64,000 bases of DNA, from positions 1,406,039 through 1,470,038 of the forward strand of contig JBNZDD010013595.1 of NCBI GenBank assembly GCA_050575255.1. Direction: 5' to 3'. The translations under genes and the position numbers were made by a program. Source of the stretch: Harriotta raleighana (taxonomy: Eukaryota). Under the pieces are notes generated by a model. It did no database searches. It saw only the letters and a program-made list of their open reading frames with translations, and was not told the DNA's origin. Of the stretch, positions 39,271 through 52,140 are shown piece after piece (the first letter of the stretch is position 1; each line of letters begins with the position of its first letter).

Positions 39271-41651
39271 TTCCTGAAGTGAGGTCCTCACCAAGGACAA
39301 CTGAGGCTAACTGCAAAGCCTCAATTGCTAATATGAACTAATTCAATACAGATCAGCATTTGAACCCAAGACAACCCTTGGTCATTATAGTTTAGTATAA
39401 TACTATTTGAAATTAGGTGTAACATTTGATAAACCTAGGACATTGCTTTTGTGAGTTTTGAGTCTATTTTCCACTGAACATAATCTAAGATACAAATTGG
39501 GTGTTAATCAGAATCATTCATTTATCAGTATGGAGTATCCTATCTGAGTACATCCTATAAATAATGCATCAATAATTAGATAAGGCACTATAGCAAATGC
39601 AAATACCGTATTATTATTATTTATTATTCTAGTAATAATAATCCTTGGATTTGATATAGCGCCTTATCGCATCTTTGCGACATCTCAAAGTGCTTCATAT
39701 AATTATTGTTATTATGAGAGGAAAGTAAAAGTTATGATAAACAATGCTTTTCATAACATGGCTATTTAGTTTGAAGGTTGATTAATAATAATCTTTATAT
39801 TTGATATAGCGTTTACATCTTCGTGATGTCTCAAAGTGCTTCATTGAATATACTGTAAAGTGAATTCACAGTATATTTTGAGGGCAAAGTATAAATTTCA
39901 AGTGAGGAGACATGCCTATCAAAGGCCAAACAGATCCTTATTAATTCATGGCACTTTTGATGGTTGACCAACGTGCCTGGCTCATTAATGAGATTTCAAA
40001 ATGTAGGTATGTGTTCAATCTTGCAAGCTATACTGCAGTCTGAGGTAAACAAGTACTGTGTTGTGTTGGTAACGTTATTATTTATGGCGGTTGAAAAGGA
40101 TGGGAACATAGTACTGTGGTTTGTTTCTTGAAATGTAGCTGAATAGAATTGTGTTTTTATGGGATTCCTATCCCTTCTTATCACCCAAATCATGATCAAG
40201 AGGCTACTTGTGTGGAAAGATATACTGGAACATTACATCTTACATCCACAAGTGTTGATTTAAACACTGTTGTCTATGGATTTTTGGAGCAATTAATAAA
40301 TAAGATGAAGATTACCCTTCAGAGTCTACAGTATGTATAACCACATCCATAAATATCATATTTTACATTCAAATTATGTCCCTATTCCTTTTCAATAGTT
40401 TCAATTGTTTCCAGTGCATTCTCCCACTGCTGCACAGATCATGCTCTGCCAAATCTACATTAGCCGATATATTCCTCTGTCAAAATAGATAACAGCTGTT
40501 GTGCAAAAGAACAAAACATAAGTACAGTACATTGCATGTTTTTTTTCATTAATGCATTTCATTCTGCAATTATTCCATTCAACAATCAAAGTTCAACTAT
40601 TGTGTTCTTTTATGTTTGTTAACAACTATCGGATGCAAAGAAGTCTGCTAAAGTGCAGATAACTGAAATCAACCCTCAGAGGAATGAAATGTGTCTTGGC
40701 AGAGTGCCTATAGCTTGCTTCTTTCCACATGGCATGACTCCTCCAATACACACAGGTAATTGTGCTATTCAGTATTGCCCTTTTGATTCATGCTATATTC
40801 TTGTCTTGTGGCGCTGGCCGGCTGCGGCTTAATGTGACTTCATTGTTCATTGCATCTGAGGTACAAAATGTCAAGTCTCATCCAAATACGTCTATTTCTT
40901 CTCGTCTTAATGTCGGGGTGAAATTTGTGATGTATGATATATCAATTATCACCAGTGATATTTATCACACCATTGAAATGCAACTTCAACAATACTGTCT
41001 GCATGTCCCTTCCTCGACCTCATTGCAATGGGTGGACCAGTAGCTGACAAGTGGCTAAAATATGTGGCAGCTTGTGGAGTAACAATATACAGTGGAGTTG
41101 ATATCCCACAAGTTGGAGAGTCTAATGGTGGGCAGCTTTCAGCTAACCATTGTGACAGTGTTTGAGGGTGGGAGGGGAGAGAGGAAGGGTTCAGCTTTTG
41201 TTATCAACCAACCTAGATAATTGTTTTTAATAATACGAGAATTCTTATTGGTGAGAATGATCCGAATATGTTGTAATTTTCGGACTATGCACGAGTGAAG
41301 CGCTCTGAGACGCCATCCGCCGTGGAGGGTGCTATATAAATTGAAGTTGTTGTTGTTTTTGTTGTTGTCTGGTTATAGGGTGGTATAAATACACCAGAAG
41401 TATGGTACCGACCACTATTATTGTGGATAATACTAAGGAAATCCATAATCCTTCCATTTGGTATATCACCTTTCAGGCCAAGAGGATGTCACAAAGTGCT
41501 TCTTACGATGTAAGTGCAGTGAATATGTGTTTGATGGACAAAAGGTGATGCATGTATTTTGTGAATGTAATTGTTCAAGATATAAATTATTTTCTTCAAA
41601 AATATCACACTGAGGCTTAAAAGACAATTACGAGCAGATAAAATGAAATGT

Positions 41652-42028
41652 GGAGTCCTGTGGCTGAGTGGTTAGAGCATTCGCTTTATAAGAGAGAAAC
41701 CTGGATTCAATTCCAGGCAGGGCAAAACCTTGGGCAAGTTTCCATACTCCACATGCCTGATAATAATCGCTAAAAAAATCAATAATAAATTGGTCACTTT
41801 AATCCATGACAGTTTGTGGGACGCTGCTGTGCACAAATGGACACAGCATTTCCCACTCAATTCACTTGACAGTATATTCTGTGAAGTGTTTTGAGACATC
41901 TGGAAGATATGAAGACGGATCCCGGGATCCGTTGTTGTGAAGAGCTCTGAGACACCATCCGGCGTGGAGGGCGCTATATAAATCAAAGTTGTTGTTGAAA
42001 AGCGCTGTATCAAATGCAAGGATTATTA
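41652..42028 (+). mobile_element. Full-length tRNA-SINE with an L2 tail inserted in its 3' end (~41915-41997)
   Basis: GGAGTCCTGTGGCTGAGTGGTTAGAGC...GGATTCAATTCC boxes; body; insertion GGATCCG...GGGCGCTATATAAATCAAAGTTGTTGTT; SINE resumes GAAAAGCGCTGTATCAAATGCAAGG. Confidence 0.9.
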
Positions 42029-42054
42029 AATGGACACAGAATAATATAAGTGTA

Positions 42055-42152
42055 TTGAGCTCTGATGAAGGGACCCGAAACGTTGACTCACGTTTCCTTT
42101 CTCCATGGACGCTGCCTGACCTGCTGAGTGCTCCCAGCGATTTCTATTTTTG
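42055..42152 (+). mobile_element. Penelope terminus with a hammerhead-like core
   Basis: CTGATGA-AGGGACCC-GAAAC-GTT-GACTCA followed by GCTGCCTGACCTGCTGAGTGCTCCCAGC. Confidence 0.8.
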
Positions 42153-43264
42153 GTACAATATAATATAATGCTGGACACTGACTATTGTACTACTAGAGAA
42201 ATTTTAAAATTCCATCTTCCATCAAAAATATATGCATGAAAATTGGCCTTTTGTCAGTTGTTCAATGAAATGTTGTTCAATGAAATAGAATCCCATAGAA
42301 TTTTGGTTCAGCATAAATATTACAGCATATTTTTTCTCAAGATTAAATATTTGTTATCCATAAAACAACAGGCAGCATCATAGTTGTCAGTATTGGATTA
42401 AATGTTAAGATGAATGCCTGATCAAGCTGCGATTTACTTCAAGAGGAGTATCAGTTGTGAATTGTTTATCAAATACTAACAGCCATCAAGTATGTCCAAC
42501 ATGCCAGAAAAAACATCTAAGACTATTTTAGAGAATAGTATCCTTTGATGCCTTTGCTCAAACTTTGTTCAAACTCGATCCTATCTCCCATGACAATATT
42601 GCTTTCCAAGCTGTCTCTCTGTTTCCTTTGGCTGCCACCGCTTCTCTTGTTGGGACATTGTCCTGATGTGAAAGGTGTTATACAAGTGTAATTTTGTTAT
42701 TGTTGTTGATGCTTCCTTTCCTCAATATACATCCTTCAGATGAGACATGGACCAACCAACTGTTCTCCTGGATGTTAAAGAGCCAGTGGGATTTTTGGTA
42801 AGAGAAGGAAACATCATCCAGTATCCTGGCAAACAATCTTCCAGAAAAATCATTCACTCCATAGATGTGGATTCATGCCACATACAAAATCACAGCTTTA
42901 ATGCTAAAGTGACAATTGGATGTTGACCAATGACAAGCATAAAACGATTCTAGAAAGGGGACTAAGCAGAGTGTCAAAGATAGTGAAAGGTTGACATAAA
43001 CCATCTATTGAAGTTAAACTGTGTTGTGGGTTGATAAACAATACAATGGCTGTATATATCTACATTCACAACTCTTATGGTAACTAGTATAAAGTGCTGT
43101 GAAATGTTTTGACATGTAAAGGTGCTATAAGACACAAGAATTTTCTTTTAAAATAGCTGAGGAATAGTAAGTAAGATAGTAAGTAAGAAAATACTGTAGT
43201 AACATCTCTAAATCCTACAATGTTGTATAGATTCCCTTCTGGTATTGCCTCCTTTATTGGAGTG

Positions 43265-43490
43265 TTGGAGAGATAGAAGAAGGCAAGACCGTGAATGGCC
43301 TTGAAAGTGAGGATGAGGATCTTGAATTCGATTCTCTGGGTGATGGGGAGCCAATGGAGCCGGGTGATGGTGGGAGTGATGTGGTCACAGAGCTTAGTGC
43401 GGGAGAAGACACAAGCTGCAGAGTTCAGGATGAACTACAGCTTGTGAAGGGAAGAGTCAGGAAGACCGATGAGGAGGGAGTTTCCAAAGT
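43265..43490 (-). mobile_element. L2 fragment
   Basis: Highly similar to 38405-38610 (QRIEFKILILTFK region). Confidence 0.88.
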
Positions 43491-44609
43491 TCTTAATATT
43501 GTTTTCAATGTGCATATTGAATGAACTCATGAATCAGTACTGTGCAACTGAACTGCACTGGTGGCTCAGTTGGTAAAGCCTCTGTCCAGTGTGTAACAGA
43601 TATGGAGCCAATGAAGGTGATGCCGTATCTTATAAAAGTCAAGGTGACAGGATGAGTGCTATGATCCGCCTCAGTGCAGGAATTAACTAAGTTTGACAAG
43701 CAAGCCAGAGTTCTGCTCCAGATTGCTAACTCCATCATTGTATTTGCCTACAAATACAGAGTCATTATACTTTACAGCAATTCTCTGTGAAGTGCTTTTT
43801 GATGGTAGCATTTTATAATATGCAAGAATGATTATATTTATTATTATATTATCAGTATATTAATACTTTATTATCATATTGAATATTGTTATTACATTGC
43901 TGTTACAATAATTATATATTGCTCTCTAGCCCACCATCCGTGGTGTACTTTCAGGCATTTCATCCTGAAGCTCTGGATCACTCTTCCTCTAACCCTTCAC
44001 ATTGTCCCTCCACTTCTATATCTTCAGGTTATGCCTGAAAGCCTTCCTCTTCAACCATGCATGCAGTCACCTCCCTCATCGTAGTCTTCCATTGTCAAGG
44101 ACTCTAGCGCTATATAAATGTAATTTTGTTGTTGTTGTATATAAAGGCAAGTTGTTGTTATCCCACAATCACATGTCTTGCCAATTCACACTGGCTGGAC
44201 TCATGCAAATGAAGAATGGGCAAGTGAGAAATTATACCGGAGAGAGGCCAAAGCACACAAAACTGCAAATCACAGCCGAGGAACACAGACAACAGGGGGA
44301 AAAAACAAAGTGGAAAAAAAAATGATGCTGCCTTTGAAAAAGAAAAGTAATTAATTCTGCTAAGAACAGAAGGCGATTGTTATGAAAGAACACAAAGTCT
44401 AATTTTCACTTCATCAACTTGTTAAATCTAAAAACAAACTGCTAAACAAATATGAGTGAGTTAATCTTGCTTCAGAGAATCTGCTACAATATGATTCAGA
44501 TGCTTTTTTTTTCTAAATTAAGCTCTCACTCTTGATATCTATTGCAGTGCTAGATTATTAAAGAGCTGCAGATCAACACTTCTTTGGAGTGCTGACAACT
44601 GTAGCACTT

Positions 44610-45800
44610 CAACAACAAGAACAACAAAATTACACTTGTGTAGCGTCTTTCACATCAGGAGGATGATCTAAGGCGTTGGACAGTCATTGTTTCATACCCT
44701 AGCTGGGGTCGCAGACAAGGAGGGTGAAGGGAAAGGGGGTGATTTGGGGTGACCAATGGAACCATCGAAGAGGAAGGTCTTGAGATGGGACTTGAATGAG
44801 CCTAGGGAGGGGGCAAGGTGGAGGGACTGTGGGATGGAGTTCCAAGGTTGGGTGTGGAGTTGCTGAAAGCTCGCCTGCCAATGGTGGGGTCAGTGGTTAG
44901 GGGGATGTAGAGCAAGCCAGAGCCTGCTGAGCAAAAGGGGCAGGCAGGTTGGTAGGGGGATAGGAGGACGCTGAGGTAGGGTGGGGTGAGGCCATGGAGG
45001 GCTTTGAAGATGAGGACCAGGATCTTGAATTGAATCCTCTGGGTAATGGAGAGCCAATGGAGTCGGGAGATAATGGGGGAAATGGGATCATGAACCTTGG
45101 AGAGGCCGCAAAATTCTGGATTATCTGCAATCTATGGAGGGAAGAATTGGGAATGCTGACAGGCAGGGAGTTGGTATAGTCGAACCAGGATGTGATGAAG
45201 GCATGAATGAGGGTTTCAATGACCTGAGGGGTGAGGTAGTGGCTGAGTTCGGCAATATTGTGGAGGTGAGCGAAAGACGAAGTGGGTCATAGCTTGGATG
45301 TTGGGGAGGAAAGACTTTTGAGAATCGAACAAAACACCTACATTCCTGACTGGCATGGTGAGGTTGAGTGTGCAACCATGGAAGTTGATGCTGCCAGTGC
45401 CTGATGTGAAGGTGCTCGCTCGAGCCAATCAGCAGAGCCTTGGTCTTGTTGACATTCAACTATAGAAAGTTAGCTCTTATCATGGACTTGATGTCTGACA
45501 GGCTGTCTGTCAGGACAGTAGTGGTCCTGGAGTCAAGCATAGAGGCAGAGAGATAGAGTTGGATGTCATCCACATACATGTGGAAGTTGACCCCATGTCT
45601 GTAGATGATGTCACCAAGGGAGAGCTTCTAGATGTTATAAAATAGGGGGCCAAGTACAGAGCCCTGGGAGACACCACAGATGACAGAATAGGGGCTGGAA
45701 GAGAAGCCATTGATGGCAACAAAGTAGAGGTGGTGAGAAAGGTAGGAGTCGAACCAGGGCAAGGGCAGGTCCGTGAAGATCGAGCTGGGAGGAGAGGAGT
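44610..45800 (-). mobile_element. L2 LINE RT/3' end
   Basis: [35 protein letters not shown]; (CAA)n tail at 44610. Confidence 0.92.
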
Positions 45801-46339
45801 TATAGGAGGATGGAGTGGATATTACAAATTTTTAACATGTTCTTTGATGTTAATTTTTTTAATGATTAGTTATTGTTGCATGCTTTTTTTAAAGGAGTCA
45901 TCATTGCAAATGTGTTGCATGAGATATGAAAGCCCTTTCAGTCATGACTATGCCTGAAGCCAATAAACTTAGCTGTGATCCACAAGTATTCTATTGTGTG
46001 TATTCTCACATTGAGATTCACTTCCAGTGGTAATTTGGGCCATCCATCAGTGAGCAGTTGAAAGAATATGCTAACCTCATATCTTAAATGGAAACAAACC
46101 ACTTCACCTTTGAAAATGAGTTTGGGTTAATCTTCACTGTCTTTAAGCTCTCTAAAATGCTCTATAAACCTAAACTCACCAGAAAACAATAACAAAATTA
46201 CATTTATAGAGTACCTTTTCATGTTGGGAGGAAATTTCGCTGTGTCTTAGGAAAATACATTAGATGGAACAATTTTCAAAGGGCAAGGGAAGGAGTCTCT
46301 CAAAAACAGGGCAAGGAGCACTTTTAGCAGGAAGAGATT

Positions 46340-46520
46340 GAATTAGCACATTGGCCTTCCTCTTAGACATCTGGGTTTAAATCCTGCCCAACAACAACAG
46401 CAACAACAACAACAAAATTACATTTATAGAAGGAGGAGCGAGTTAGGATAAGTGTCTCCTATATTGGCTGAAAGGTTCCAATGTGAAATGGGTTTGGCCA
46501 GTCAAGCAATATCTTAAGAG
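46340..46520 (+). mobile_element. LF-SINE-like fragment, interrupted by a (CAA)n L2 tail
   Basis: GGCCTTCCTCT...TGGGTTTAAATCCTGCCCA and ATGTGAAATGGGTTTGG resemble the LF-SINE head and core (recalled consensus). Confidence 0.55.
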
Positions 46521-46912
46521 AATCTCATCTTGAAAGCACCATTAAGTAATCACTTAAATTGGCAGCGTACAGAATTATATAATAATAATCCTTGCATTTG
46601 ATAGAGTGCCAGAGAAAGCGTCGCTCTGCATCCCACTGATTCACAGTGCTGGAGATAGATAACTTCCTTTTCCTGACACTAATAGAATGAAAACTGTGAA
46701 CTACAATGTATTATTTAACACAAGTGTTAATGATCACATTTTCAGTTGCTTCACTCGGTTGATAAAGATATTCCTCACTCTTGTCATATTGGAGCCTAAA
46801 GTTAGCTCTCATTGCACATTAGACTGGTGGATCACAGTATTTAATTAAACGTGAATGGGATACCAATTTAACTCACAATGTTTTTGTTGAGTTGCCCTAG
46901 ACAGGGCAGAAT

Positions 46913-47160
46913 TAATCAATCAATATTACATTTATATAACGCCTTTCATGTCGGGAGGACGTCTCCAGATGGTGTACAGTCAAGTAGGGATCAGAGAAGA
47001 GGGGGGGAGTAGTCGGGGGAAGGAAAGTAGGAAAAATTGACTATATATTTGTGGGCGAAAACGCGGCAGCCAAATTGCACACAGCAGTGTCCCACAAACA
47101 GTCATGGAAGTGGGGTGGGGTAAAATCAGGGAGGAAAAAGGGGGGAGAAAGGGGGTCAAG
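46913..47160 (-). mobile_element. Composite SINE-core/L2-tail repeat with (GATT)n tail
   Basis: Reverse complement of the 23105-23380 element. Confidence 0.85.
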
Positions 47161-48894
47161 GGGAAAATCAGAAAAATCAAGAACAGCGAAAGTCTGGTAA
47201 AAGTTATCAATTGATAATTTCTACATTCATATCTTCAGCTAGAGATGCAAGTTAGTATTCCAAGCCATGGTTGCCTTATGACGATTGCGAGATGGGAGAA
47301 GGGGAAATATTAGACTAAGGAATGAAATCCCTAATTGGAGCAAAAGGTGGAGTATAGAAGATGGGGAGGGAGGAAGCCTTGAACCTGCTTACTGGAACAC
47401 AGACCAGTATCAGTCAGATACTGAACACATACACTTTGTTTCAAGGCTGTTTGTGGGACATTGCTGTGCTCAATTGTGCTACCGTGTTTGCCTAAAATAC
47501 GCAGTCATTCCACTTCACAGTAAACTCTGTGAATGGTTTTGAATTGTCCTACAAAATTAAAGTATTATTATTATCCCACTCAATTACTTACATCTCTCTG
47601 GTCCACCTGTTCTTTGGATGCCATACTCAACAGTCATGAACCTGCAATGAAGCATCCACAGCCAAGCCTGGTGGTTATCCACAGACTTGCTTTGTATTGG
47701 CATTGCAGAGCTTTCTATTATGGAGGTGAGTGTTAGGGAAGAAATCTCAGCAGGTTAGTTCACTGGCAAATAATTGGATGTACAAGTCCATTAGCCTGTA
47801 AACAACAGAAGCAGGATGTCATTGAAACAAAAGCCTTAAACCCTAGAAATCTGACATTTCAAAAAAGTCTGGAAACACCCAGCGGGTCTAAAAGAGAAAG
47901 ACTAATGTATCTTTTGGGACCCTTCAACAGAACTGGAACAACTGGAAAACTCCCTTTTTTACAGAATTGAAGACAGTAAAATTGACTCAATAGACAAAAA
48001 TAGACAAAAATAAATTAAAATGTTAAAACCATTAACTGCATATACAAAGAGGCAGCTAATGGATCATCAACAATGCAATGCTGGGTAGGGGTATTATTGC
48101 GTTGTTTGAAGAGCTGGACTGATTTTTCCAGTATAAGCACTGAACAGCAATGTTACTAATACTTAGCAGCAGATGGAATATCTCAACTATATTTTCCCTG
48201 AGTCCTAACCAGGGAAGAACACCTCTAGCTAAGCCTGTCAAATGTTTTCCTCTTCACACTCTGGCCTTTCTGAGTAAGATCACAAATTCATGTTAGATGT
48301 TAAGAATCATGAGAATACTAATCCTTGGATTTGATATAGGGCCATTAACATAGGGAGGAGTTTCCAAGCATTTCACATGATTCACTGTAAAATACATTGA
48401 AGACAAATATTATTTGGGGGATTCTCAGCCAGGACACTGGAAGAAAGTCCCCTTTTTTGACTAATGTCATGAGATCTTCATCTGAACAAGCAGGTGGGAC
48501 CTCAATTTATCATGTTAACCAAACAATATAGTCTCCAACAATAAAGCATATCTCCAGTCTGTGGGAGAATGTTAGCTTGGACTGTGAGTTCCAAGATCAA
48601 AGGTAAGGATAAGGGAAGACACTTCAATCCATTGAAGCTCATTATCTTACTACACTATCTTACCTATATTCATTGTTTCATTTTGTTTTAAATGCCCTAA
48701 TAATTCTGCTTCTATTGCTATTCCAATCAACTGACACTACTATTAGTGGGTTGAAAGCTCTTACCAATTTCTTTACGATTCATGGCCTCCTGCCCTATTT
48801 TCTTTATGATTCCATATATCTGATTAAGATATGTGTCCAAACTGTGAGCAGGAAGGTGGCCGCCAATGCTCTCACCCACATCATGCTGAGCTGT

Positions 48895-48986
48895 AACCAA
48901 AATATTGCGGATGCTGGAAATCTGAAACAAAAACAGAAATCACTGCGAATACTCAGCAGATCAGGCAGCATCTATGGCTGCTGAGC
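48895..48986. mobile_element. Short Penelope terminus insertion with a 14-bp target-site duplication
   Basis: TCATGCTGAGCTGT at 48881-48894 and 48987-49000 flanks GATGCTGGAAATCTGAAACAAAAACAGAAATCACTG...GGCAGCATCTATGG. Confidence 0.8.
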
Positions 48987-49149
48987 TCATGCTGAGCTGT
49001 GTTGCCCACCAGCCAGCTCGCAGGGAATTTCTAGTACCTGCTTAATTTGCACATTCTAAGGTCATGTTACAACAGATTGAAGGTGGGTGAGAGTGGTTTA
49101 TAAACCAACAGGGAACAAGGTTTCAACAATAAAATTTGGGATATGGAGT

Positions 49150-50075
49150 GGGAGTTAATTAAAATAAGAAGGGAACTTTGATCAGATGAATTCAGCTATG
49201 ACGGGTAATTCATCTCCATTGATACTCTGAAGTTTGAAAACATTCCCTGCTGAACATTATTATGGGATAAAAATAAAACATATAGTACTGGAGGCACTCA
49301 CTTACATAACTGAAGAGTAGAAGTTAGATTTAATGTGAACGGGATGTTCTTGGGCTAAACTGGAGTTCTCCAATGATTGGGTTGAATCTGCAACTCTGTA
49401 TACAACAAATAAATTGATTTGGAAATAGAGGGGGAATACATTTTCAGATGACAGGAAGTTTAGAAACTTGATGAACAGTAAAGAACAGTGCAGAAATTTG
49501 CAAGAAGACATTGACAGATTAGATGATTAGGTGGAAGTATGGCAGAATCAATTCAGTGTAGCCAAACATGAAATAATGCATTTTGAATGTGAAAATAGAG
49601 GAATATCGGAGCATCTAGGAGGATTTGATGAACAAAGGGATTTAGATGGGCTGGTAAATAAATTACCAAAAGCTAGAGTAATTCATAGGACACAGAGAGC
49701 TCATCCTCCCAAAGTGAAGAGCGCTATCCAAATCTAATTTTGTTGTTGTAATATGGTGTTGGATTTCATAGCTTAAGGTACAGAATAAAATTGACACAAT
49801 GAGCTGAATGACCTTCTCTGATGTAAATTTCTGGTACATAAGCAGGAAAGGACTTATTTGGCTGTAAAAGGAGTGGAGTGGAACACTTGGGAGTTTTGCA
49901 TTCAGCAGTCAGTGTCTCCACCCAGTAAGATACACACGGTTCAGAGAGAGTTCAGGACAGATTTACGAGGATGACACCAGGAATAATCTCTAAACCACAG
50001 TGAAATGCTAAACAGGTTGGGGATATATGACCTGGATCTGAAAAAGTTGCAGGGGAAATTCAGTTGAGGTGCTGC
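49150..50075 (+). mobile_element. Old fragmented CR1 RT region
   Basis: Degenerate FSDDRK, LQEDIDRL..W.EVWQNQFSVAKHEIMHF and EQRDLDG motifs. Confidence 0.7.
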
Positions 50076-50746
50076 CTTAAAACACAGCAAGTCTCTGTCT
50101 GCTGCTCTTAGTGTTCACCATTTTCCGTTTCTTTTTCAGATTTCCACAACATGTGGCGTATTTTGCTTTCCTTTTTAAACTCCTGCTTTTGTTAAATCCA
50201 GGCGACAACTTGGCCCAGTTGCTAGCATGCTTGTCTCTGGATCAGAAGGTTGTGGGTCCAAGCCCTGTATCAGGAATGTGAGCTCATCGCTTATTCCGGA
50301 CAGAAAGTGGGAAGTTTTCTTTACTAAGAAGGTAATCAACAGCCGGAACACGTAACAAGGAACAGGGGCCTGGACACTGGAATCCTCATTTAACAAGCAT
50401 CTTGATGCTGTGATGGGAAATCAGGTAGGATGTCAATATTCTGGAATAATGAGATCAGCCGAAGAACTTTCTTTATCCAAAACCAATCTTGTGCTCTTGC
50501 GTTCTGGATTATGAAGACAATAGTACAACTTGAAAGCAAATAACTTTGTCCTTTGCTGGGCATATTAATTATTACAGGGTATGACAGAAATTTAAGGCAA
50601 TAGCATTAGGGTTGAGACAAGAAAACAAATCTTCTACATAATGCTGAAACTTTAGAGTGCAGTGTTCCACAAAGCCATAGATGTAAAATCAATTGAGGGA
50701 TTCAACAACACAATTACAATTATATACCGCTTTTCAAATCAGGAGG

Positions 50747-51062
50747 ATCAACTAATCAATCAATCAATATTACTTTTATATAGCGCCTTTCACGTCGGGG
50801 GACATAGGGATCAGAGCAGGGGGGTGCGAGGGGTCGGGGGAAGGAAAGTAGGAAAAATTGACTGTATATTTGTGGGTGAAAAGCGGCAGCCAAATTGCGC
50901 ACAGCAGTGTCCCACAAACAGTCATGGAAGTGGGGTTAGGGGAGAAAGGGGGAAAAGATGGCAAGGGAACGGGTCGGGGTAGGGGGAAGGAGAGCAGGAA
51001 AAACCAACTGTATATTTGTGGGCGAAATGTGGCAGCCAAATTGCGCACAATGGATGTCCCAA
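50747..51062 (-). mobile_element. Composite SINE-core/L2-tail repeat with a duplicated core
   Basis: ATCAATCAATC tail; ACTGTATATTTGTGGG.GAAA.G.GGCAGCCAAATTGCGCACA occurs twice (~50861, ~51008). Confidence 0.85.
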
Positions 51063-51509
51063 AAGCATTGGTCATACAGTATTTCAGACCAGAACTGGGG
51101 TAGGGATCATTGAAGTTGGAGGGCAGGATTCAAACAGAAGTTCTAAGGGATATTTGGGAAGTGAAAAGGGTATGGTGAGAAAGCAGGGAAGTGGAATTAA
51201 GGTCATCACACATGCAGTGTGATGGAATTATTGGTGCAAAATGGGTTCAATGGATGAAATTACCTTCTTCTTGTCCTAAATTGTTATACATATTCAATGA
51301 GATATTGTCATAACTGCCTTCATTTGGGATTTTTGAGGTTAACTTCTCATAGTCTTTCCTCTGACCTCATGATGCCATCTTTTTACTCCTATATCCAACT
51401 TTTCCAAAGATTATATATGTTTTCATGATCTAGTGGCTTGTTCTGAATGTGGTCTGATCAGTGATTTGTCCAGTGACAGCCTGACCTCCAGAGAATTGTA
51501 ATCTCCTCT

Positions 51510-51788
51510 ACTGTTTGGCCTCCTCCATGTCCCCAGAATCCTCCGCTCCTCCCTTGGTGGCCGTGCCTTCAGCCACTATGCCCCGAGGATCTGGAATTCC
51601 CCTCCTCACTCCCTTCACCTCGCCCCCTCTTTTCCCAGCTTCAGGTCCCAGCTGAAGACCTTTCTCTTCAACCGCATCTTTGGTCACCTTTCTACCTCTG
51701 CCCCTTGCTCGGTCCTGGGATCCGCTGTTGTGAAGCGCTCTGAGACACCGTCCGGCGTGGAGGGCACTATATAAATTGTTGTTGTTAT
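51510..51788 (+). mobile_element. L2 3' end
   Basis: GGRAFSHYAPRIWNSP-like ORF end; tail GGGCACTATATAAATTGTTGTTGTT. Confidence 0.88.
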
Positions 51789-51800
51789 TGACTATACATA

Positions 51801-52140
51801 GTCTAGGCTGACACTCCGATGGAGTGCTGGGAATGTGCTGCATTGTTGGAGATGCTGCCCTTTGTACAGGATGTTAAATTGAAACCCTGATTCCCTGCTC
51901 AGGTGGACGTTATAGATCCCATGGCACTATTCAAAAAGAAAAGGGAGTTTTCTCCCATGTCCTGGCTATGAAAGTCCCAAATAAAATTGGTCATTCACTT
52001 CATGGCTGTTTGTGTGCAAATAGGTTGATGAGTTTCCCGTCACAGTACACAGTCACTGCACGTTCCAGTATATTCTGCTTGGCACTTTGAAATGTACTCC
52101 TTAAATGATAAAATCCCATACCAAATGCAAGGATTATTAT
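51801..52140 (+). mobile_element. Deu-domain SINE (SacSINE1/AmnSINE1-like)
   Basis: GGATGTTAAA...CTCAGGTGGACGTTATAGATCCCATGGCACTATTC...GGGAGTTTTCTCCC.TGTCCTGGC closely resembles the Deu core; tail AAATGCAAGGATTATTAT. Confidence 0.8.
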
